This document shows, one piece after another, positions 57,843 through 64,000 of a stretch of DNA of 64,000 nt; within the stretch, counting starts at the first letter, position 1; every line of letters starts with the position of its first letter. The DNA is from Minisyncoccia bacterium (GTDB taxonomy: Bacteria; Patescibacteriota; Minisyncoccia; Phycocordibacterales; Phycocordibacteraceae): NCBI GenBank assembly GCA_038207395.1, contig JBBQZW010000003.1, forward strand, positions 18,131-82,130, written 5' to 3'. A program made the position numbers and the translations under genes. The notes under the pieces were generated by a model. That model had not been told where the DNA came from. It did not search any database and saw only the letters and a list, made by a program, of their open reading frames with translations.

Positions 57843-58379
57843 ATGAAAGCGCGTTCTTCCCCTAGAGATTTAGACGAACTTATCTTCCAAGCAGCTATGT
57901 ATTGGCGTATCGCCTATGGAACCGTTCGGGTATACATTGGTTACAAATTTCTCTCCCTAATAGGAGTACCAGCCATAGACGTATACCGTCGGGTGTTCCG
58001 GAATGAACTTACTGACGATCCACAAGACCATATTTTTAGTTTCCTAGCACACTCACTTACACAGCAGGGATTCTCTATAACGTATTTCTTAGCTGCTCAC
58101 TTTCTATTCTGGGGTGTGATCGATATCGTTCTTTCCTACACCATGATTCGTCATCATCTTTGGGCTTTTACGACGAGCATCGCACTTATTATTCTCTTTA
58201 TGTTCTATGAGATATATCGGTTCACTCACACTCACTCACTCATACTTCTTGCCTTTATCGTTACAGACGTATTTTTCGTATATCTCATCAGACACGAATA
58301 CGAGAAACTTAAAGTGAGAAAAGCACGCGCTCTAGCCAAGAAGGGAGAGAATGACGGCAATGCCAGCGACCGTCATTAG
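57843..58379 (+). CDS. Membrane protein (DUF2127-like)
   Basis: EL.DDPQD, YEIYRF.HTHS pattern, several TM segments. Confidence 0.65.
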   Translation: MKARSSPRDLDELIFQAAMYWRIAYGTVRVYIGYKFLSLIGVPAIDVYRRVFRNELTDDPQDHIFSFLAHSLTQQGFSITYFLAAHFLFWGVIDIVLSYTMIRHHLWAFTTSIALIILFMFYEIYRFTHTHSLILLAFIVTDVFFVYLIRHEYEKLKVRKARALAKKGENDGNASDRH

Positions 58380-59708
58380 TGCAATAGTGACCCACCCAAT
58401 TCCAGTTAGGAAAGGTTTGTTTGTATGCTCTCTCATAACCTCTTTATTACTGCTTAACCGTACGATAAAGAATAGAACGACTGGAGATACGATACCGTTT
58501 CCTATCGCGGCATAAATAAGAGCGTGAATAGGATCAAGACCAATAAAATTAAAGAGTATTCCAAGAACCATTGAAACAATAATCACGCCATAGAACGCGT
58601 AGGCCTCATTTAGTTTTCGATAGAGCCCGTGCTTCCATCCAAAACATTCTGAAAGCGCGTATGAGGTAGATCCGGCAAGCACGGGGATGGCGAGCATTCC
58701 TGTACCGATAATACCTATGGCAAACAGGAAGTACGCTGCGTCACCTGCCAACGGCCGTAGTGCAAGAGCCGCATCTGCAGCGCTCGTAATGTTTGTTATT
58801 CCATGCGTATAGAGCGTACCGGCGCAGGCCGCGATAATAAAGAACATAACCAAGTTAGAGAAAAACATACCGGTCCACACGTCTGAACGCATGTTCTTAA
58901 GCGTCTGTACTGATGGTTTTTGATGCCATCCTGTTTCTTCTTTGTGGGTACGCAAGGTTCGCTCTTCAACCTCCTGTGAGGTTTGCCAAAAGAAAAGGTA
59001 GGGGGAGATAGTAGTACCGAGGATGGCACATACCAGGAATATCTGATCTTTACTAAAAACGAAGGTGGGGCGCGTTGCGTGAAGCACAATAGCTTGCCAA
59101 TCTAAATTACTAAGAAGCGCTGAAAAGACATACGCAAGTAAAATGAAGGCGAGGTATTTAAGATAGCGCGCGTAGCGCGCATACGTAGTAAATATCTGGA
59201 GCAGTAAACTCACGACGGCAAAGCCGACAACAATAAACGCAAAATGAGAATTCGGAAAGATGAGCTGAACGCCCTGTGCCATAGCTCCAAGGTCGGCACC
59301 TATATTAAATGCGTTCGCGGCAAAGAGTAGTGCCGTGACCAGATACAGTGCGTTCTTTGAGTAGTGATGGCGGATATTAGCTGCCAATCCTCTTCCCGTT
59401 ACGATACCAATACGGGCACACATCTCCTGCACTACAGCCATCAGCGGAAACGTAAACCACGAAAGCCATAAAAGCTGGAATCCGTATTTCGCGCCGGCCT
59501 GTGAATAGGTGGCGATTCCTGAAGGATCATCGTCAGAGGCGCCCGTGACCAATCCCGGACCAAGCGTACTCCAGTACTTCCCTGCTACCTTAAAGGGGCG
59601 TTTGCTAATAAGTTTTTCCTCAAATACCTGCGCTTCTTCAATTCCCTTTTCGAGTAATTCGGCGGGCTCAGAAAAAATGCGTTCAACAAGGGGTTCTTTT
59701 TTAGCCAT
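58332..59708 (-). CDS. NRAMP family divalent metal transporter
   Basis: GPGLVTGASDDDPSGIATYSQAGA, GTTISPY. Confidence 0.92.
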   Translation of the reverse strand: MAKKEPLVERIFSEPAELLEKGIEEAQVFEEKLISKRPFKVAGKYWSTLGPGLVTGASDDDPSGIATYSQAGAKYGFQLLWLSWFTFPLMAVVQEMCARIGIVTGRGLAANIRHHYSKNALYLVTALLFAANAFNIGADLGAMAQGVQLIFPNSHFAFIVVGFAVVSLLLQIFTTYARYARYLKYLAFILLAYVFSALLSNLDWQAIVLHATRPTFVFSKDQIFLVCAILGTTISPYLFFWQTSQEVEERTLRTHKEETGWHQKPSVQTLKNMRSDVWTGMFFSNLVMFFIIAACAGTLYTHGITNITSAADAALALRPLAGDAAYFLFAIGIIGTGMLAIPVLAGSTSYALSECFGWKHGLYRKLNEAYAFYGVIIVSMVLGILFNFIGLDPIHALIYAAIGNGIVSPVVLFFIVRLSSNKEVMREHTNKPFLTGIGWVTIALMTVAGIAVILSLLG

Positions 59709-59740
59709 ACAGACTTACTAAGTATAGCGAAGAAAAGTAA

Positions 59741-61057
59741 CTACTTTCCAGTTGTTAAAAATTCAACAGCTCGTGCAGCCTGAGGATCTTTTCCTGCGAC
59801 AACATCGTCATGGGTACGTTCAACCTTAATGTCTGGAGTAAGACCTCCATCAGAGATAGACCGTCCTGAAGGAGTTAACCAGCGAGCAACCGTGACCTTA
59901 AGTGATGCCTTACCAATACTTACCAATTCTTGAACTGACCCTTTACCAAATGAACGTGTTCCGATAAGCGTTGCCATATGAGTATCCTGAAGGGCTCCGG
60001 CAAATATTTCAGATGCTGAGGCTGAACCCTGGTCAATAAGTACTACTACCTTGGTGCCGGATGGAAGCCCGCCAGTACCAATACTTTTGTGTACCTGATT
60101 TTCTTGAGTACCTTTATAGTCTTCGGTTACGACTGCAGTTCCAGAGGGAAGGAAGTGACTTGCCATGCGTACTGCCGCTTCAAGGTATCCGCCAGGATTT
60201 CCACGAAGATCAATAACCAGTTTCCTACTGCCTGACTTCTGGAATTCAGCGAATGCACCATCGAAGAGATCAGAAGAATTGGCACTAAACTCATAGAGCG
60301 CGATAGTGTAAACACCCGTCTTAGGATCAAATGAAGGATTAATAGTGGGAACCTGAATAGTGTCTCGAACAACTTTAATATCCTTCGCCGTTCCTGCACG
60401 CAGTACGGTAAACGTTACCGTTGAGCCCTTAGGTCCACGAATAAGCTTTACCGCTTCATCAGTTGATATGCCGTCAGTTGATTTCTTATCAATGGCGAGA
60501 ACGAGATCTCCTGCTAAGATACCGGCCTTCTCTGCAGGCGTTCCTTTAAGTGGAGCAATGACGGTAAGTATGCCCTGCGCATTAACGCCAATTTCCATTC
60601 CCACTCCACTAAAGTTTCCGGCAATAGTGTCACTAAAGAGTTTTGCTTGTTCAGGAGGAAAGAAAACGGTATACGGATCACCATATGCCGCAACAAGGCC
60701 TTGTATGGCTCCATATATTTCACTTTGCGATGTTGCAGGTGTAGCTGACGCATGCGTTTGTACAAAGCGTGACTGTAGAACGTTATATACCTTCCAGAAG
60801 TCACTAAAATTAAGTTCTGAACTTGGTGTTGCATCCAAACCATCACCAATGAGTGGAACATTGGCAAGTACCTTCGCGCCGCCTCCGGCGGCGCCGACCG
60901 TAAGTCCTCCTAAGAACCCAAGACTAAGTACAAGGGCAAAGAGTACTCCAACTTTAAGCGTCTTGCCGAAGCGACGAGACGACGCCGTAGGGGGTACTAC
61001 TGAATCTTCATTAAAGAGGTGTTGTTCTTCGAGCTGATCTTCCATGTATGGAGGCAT
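59741..61057 (-). CDS. S41 C-terminal processing protease (CtpA-like) with PDZ domain
   Basis: GDPYT, DLRGNPGG, SASASEI, FGKGSVQ. Confidence 0.94.
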   Translation of the reverse strand: MPPYMEDQLEEQHLFNEDSVVPPTASSRRFGKTLKVGVLFALVLSLGFLGGLTVGAAGGGAKVLANVPLIGDGLDATPSSELNFSDFWKVYNVLQSRFVQTHASATPATSQSEIYGAIQGLVAAYGDPYTVFFPPEQAKLFSDTIAGNFSGVGMEIGVNAQGILTVIAPLKGTPAEKAGILAGDLVLAIDKKSTDGISTDEAVKLIRGPKGSTVTFTVLRAGTAKDIKVVRDTIQVPTINPSFDPKTGVYTIALYEFSANSSDLFDGAFAEFQKSGSRKLVIDLRGNPGGYLEAAVRMASHFLPSGTAVVTEDYKGTQENQVHKSIGTGGLPSGTKVVVLIDQGSASASEIFAGALQDTHMATLIGTRSFGKGSVQELVSIGKASLKVTVARWLTPSGRSISDGGLTPDIKVERTHDDVVAGKDPQAARAVEFLTTGK

Positions 61058-61073
61058 GATACCATACGCACAT

Positions 61074-61991
61074 ATGATTACGCGCTACGAGATGAGTGGT
61101 ACTACGTGGGTAGATCTTGAATCTCCAACGCGCTCTGAACTTCAGGAAATAATCACTGAATTTGCTATTGATTCACGTGTTGAGGAGGAAATTGTCTCGC
61201 CTACTCCCTACCCACTCGTCGTGGATACGGAAAATTACGTGTATCTCGTGCTCCACTTCCCTACTACTGATCCCAATGGTGGTGCAAAAAGCCAGGAAAT
61301 TGATTTTATTGCAGGAAAGAACTTTCTCATAACCTGCCGCTATGAAGTGATAACCACTATCCACAGCATGCATAAGGTGTTTGAGTCAGAGGAACTGCTC
61401 GGCATGATGAAAAAGAAACCAAGTACTGCAGATATAATCGAACGAATTCTTCGCCAACTCTATTCATCAATCAGTGAGGAAGCTGAACAGTTCTCCCGCA
61501 TGCTTGAACGCATTGAAGAAGACATCTTTAGTGGGCGTGAGCGTGCTACGGTTCGAAATATCTCTCTGGTAGGACGAGTGCTACTACGCTTCGACACAAC
61601 ACTAGCCCGCCACACTGAGCCATTGAAAGAATTCTTAAAACAGCTTTCAACACCAGCGTTCTTTGGTAAAAAGTTTGAAGAGCACGCAGCGCATATTGAA
61701 GCTGAACACATTCATGCAATAAACGTAGTGTCTTCGTATAGAGAGGTTTCTGCAGAGCTTCGTGACACAAATGACTCAATGCTCTCAACTGCTCAGAATG
61801 AGATCATTCAGCGCCTAACCATCATTACGTTTGCCGCAGTCCCCCTTACGGTTATAACGGGTCTGTTTGGAATGAGTATTGGTGGAATACCTCTTGCCCA
61901 ATCACAGAATGCATTTTGGATCGTCGTGGCTAGCATGGCCGTAGTAGTCCTTGGTCTCCTCGTATATTTCAAGGTTAAAAAGTGGATTTAA
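61074..61991 (+). CDS. CorA family Mg2+ transporter
   Basis: WVDLESPT, NEIIQRLT, TGLFGMS (GMN-like), two C-terminal TMs. Confidence 0.88.
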   Translation: MITRYEMSGTTWVDLESPTRSELQEIITEFAIDSRVEEEIVSPTPYPLVVDTENYVYLVLHFPTTDPNGGAKSQEIDFIAGKNFLITCRYEVITTIHSMHKVFESEELLGMMKKKPSTADIIERILRQLYSSISEEAEQFSRMLERIEEDIFSGRERATVRNISLVGRVLLRFDTTLARHTEPLKEFLKQLSTPAFFGKKFEEHAAHIEAEHIHAINVVSSYREVSAELRDTNDSMLSTAQNEIIQRLTIITFAAVPLTVITGLFGMSIGGIPLAQSQNAFWIVVASMAVVVLGLLVYFKVKKWI

Positions 61992-62021
61992 CGATCCGTA
62001 CCTGTGGTACGGTATACCTAT

Positions 62022-63515
62022 ATGTGGCCGTTTTCTCGTGCAGCAAAAGAATTACGTGGTGGTCAGGTATTTTTGACTAATACCCTCGGAGGGACGAAGC
62101 AAAGCTTCGTCCCTCAAAAACCAGGACACGTAACCCTATATTCATGTGGGCCAACCGTATACAGTCAGGCTCATATCGGTAACCTTCGCCCGTACGTTAT
62201 GGCAGACACGCTTGCGCGTGTACTAGCTCAAAACGGTCTTCACGTACGCCGCGTTATTAACATTACGGACGTTGGGCACCTCACGGGTGATAACGAAGGT
62301 GATGCAAACAGCGGTGAAGATCGTATGGAAAAGAGTGCACGAGAAAGTGGTCGCGCACCGGGTGATATCGCTGCGCATATTACAAAACTTTTCCTCGAAG
62401 ATATTAGTGCACTCAACATCCCCACAAAGGACATACTCTTCCCTCACGCCACGCAGTATATTCCTGAACAGATTGCACTCGTTACTGCACTTGAAAGCAA
62501 AGGTCACACCTACCGCACGCATGATGGTATTTATTTTGACGTAAGTACCTTTCCTGAATACGGCAAACTCGGAAATATTCCTCAAGACATAGTTAAGTCA
62601 GGTACTGCAGGAAATGTTGCAGACCGCGTAGCTCTCGCAGGTCGTGCTCGTATTAAGGAGAATGCGGAGAAACGAAATCCTGCGGATTTCGCTTTGTGGA
62701 AATTCTCACCACCAGGCGTCGTACGCCAGCAGGAATGGCCTTCACCGTGGGGTCGCGGCTTCCCCGGATGGCACATTGAGTGTTCGGCTATGAGTAAGTC
62801 ATTACTCGGTACAGAGATTGATATTCATACGGGAGGTATGGATCATATTCCCGTACACCACAATAATGAAATTGCACAGTCGGAAAGCGTAAGCGGACGA
62901 GTCTTTGCAAAGTATTGGCTCCATTCTGCGTTCTTGACCGTAGAGGACGAACGCATTGGGAAATCTGTCGGGAACGCACTCTATCTTTCTGACCTTACGG
63001 CACGCGGGTTTCATCCACTCACCCTTCGATACTTATTTCTTCAAGCAAACTACCGCACCCCTCTTTCATTTTCATGGGAAGCGCTAACCGCATCCTCGGA
63101 AGCACTCCATCGACTCTGGAACATAGCGCAAAGTTTTAAGAAAGAATCAAAAGGTGTAGCCGTATATAGTGAGGAAAGCGAACGTATTCGGGCACTCGCC
63201 GCCGACGACCTAAGTACCCCAAGAGTCATCGCCTCATTATGGGAAGTTGTTCGTAGCGATGAACTCTCCCCAAAGAAAATATGGGGTGCTATTGAAACAG
63301 CAGAAGCAGTACTTGGTCTTTCGCTTACTAATCCACCTCACGCTTCTTCAATACAGACTCCGATCCCTGCTGATGTCGTACAGATGGCACATGAGCGTGA
63401 AGCTGCACGTCAGGCTCAGGACTACGCTCGCGCAGATGAGCTCCGTATCCACATCGAAAACAGGGGATATGCTGTGGAAGACTCTGCGACCGGACCCAAA
63501 ATACATACTAAATAG
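62022..63515 (+). CDS. cysS: Cysteine--tRNA ligase
   Basis: YSCGPTVY..AHIGN, NITDVGH, DFALWK, PGWHIECSAM. Confidence 0.97.
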   Translation: MWPFSRAAKELRGGQVFLTNTLGGTKQSFVPQKPGHVTLYSCGPTVYSQAHIGNLRPYVMADTLARVLAQNGLHVRRVINITDVGHLTGDNEGDANSGEDRMEKSARESGRAPGDIAAHITKLFLEDISALNIPTKDILFPHATQYIPEQIALVTALESKGHTYRTHDGIYFDVSTFPEYGKLGNIPQDIVKSGTAGNVADRVALAGRARIKENAEKRNPADFALWKFSPPGVVRQQEWPSPWGRGFPGWHIECSAMSKSLLGTEIDIHTGGMDHIPVHHNNEIAQSESVSGRVFAKYWLHSAFLTVEDERIGKSVGNALYLSDLTARGFHPLTLRYLFLQANYRTPLSFSWEALTASSEALHRLWNIAQSFKKESKGVAVYSEESERIRALAADDLSTPRVIASLWEVVRSDELSPKKIWGAIETAEAVLGLSLTNPPHASSIQTPIPADVVQMAHEREAARQAQDYARADELRIHIENRGYAVEDSATGPKIHTK

Positions 63516-63578
63516 ACCAAACACCCTTCACGCGTAGAGCGTGCTATCCAAACAGGTAGGACTTGGTAAAATAGAAGG

Positions 63579-64000
63579 ATGGCTGACTACGCACTGCGCA
63601 TCCCTCCTCAAAGTCTCGAATCTGAGCGCGGTCTATTAGGTTCCCTTCTACTAAAGCCGGAGGCAATACATGACGTCTCTGATACCGTTCACGCTGATTC
63701 TTTTTATGCAGAGAAACACCGCACCATTTTCGAAGGTATGCGTGAACTCTCAGACCGTGGTGAACCGATAGATATTCTTAGTCTTTCCGAGAGGCTTCAA
63801 GGAAAAGGAATGCTTGAGCGCTGTGGTGGACGCGCGTACATTGCAGAGCTTGCAAGTTCAGCACCTGCAGCAGGAAACTTTGCACACTATGCCGAACTCG
63901 TGACGCGTAAGTCCACCATGCGTTCACTGATTGAGGCTTCCCATAACATTGCAGAAGCCGCATATGAGGAAAGTCGTGACACCGCAGAAGTGCTTGATGA
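63579..64000 (+). CDS. dnaB: Replicative DNA helicase, N-terminal part; runs off the window
   Basis: Manual translation MADYALRIPPQSLESERGLLGSLLL...FYAEKHRTIF...PIDILSL...GGRAYI. Confidence 0.92.
   Translation, partial: MADYALRIPPQSLESERGLLGSLLLKPEAIHDVSDTVHADSFYAEKHRTIFEGMRELSDRGEPIDILSLSERLQGKGMLERCGGRAYIAELASSAPAAGNFAHYAELVTRKSTMRSLIEASHNIAEAAYEESRDTAEVLD

Overview
Chromosomal window from a small-genome bacterium, most likely Patescibacteria/CPR (Parcubacteria-like). This assignment is inferred from the short AlaRS, archaeal-type AspRS, many SD-less genes and many small orphan ORFs. Most of the window is housekeeping: alaS, infA-rpmJ-rpsMKD-rpoA-rplQ-rplM-rpsI, lexA-like-grpE-dnaK-dnaJ, tyrS with tRNA-Tyr, trpS, aspS, scpAB, mraY, ftsW, murG, gltX, rpmA, rplI, cysS and the start of dnaB. 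The standout is an island inserted between mraY and ftsW (~28685-36400). It encodes a large serine recombinase translationally coupled to a circovirus/CRESS-type Rep (HUH + SF3 helicase), with a perfect stem-loop carrying the canonical TAGTATTAC nonanucleotide just upstream of rep. Downstream lie six 25-bp direct repeats (AGTTCTAACGTCGACCCAGACAGCC) spaced 371-579 bp apart. Each interval holds a single self-contained small gene, or in one case a ~440-nt putative structured ncRNA. A degenerate copy of the repeat lies at the recombinase C-terminus/mraY junction. Together this looks like an integron-like cassette array built by a serine recombinase and linked to a rolling-circle replicon. All calls rest on motif reading by eye; no database searches were run.
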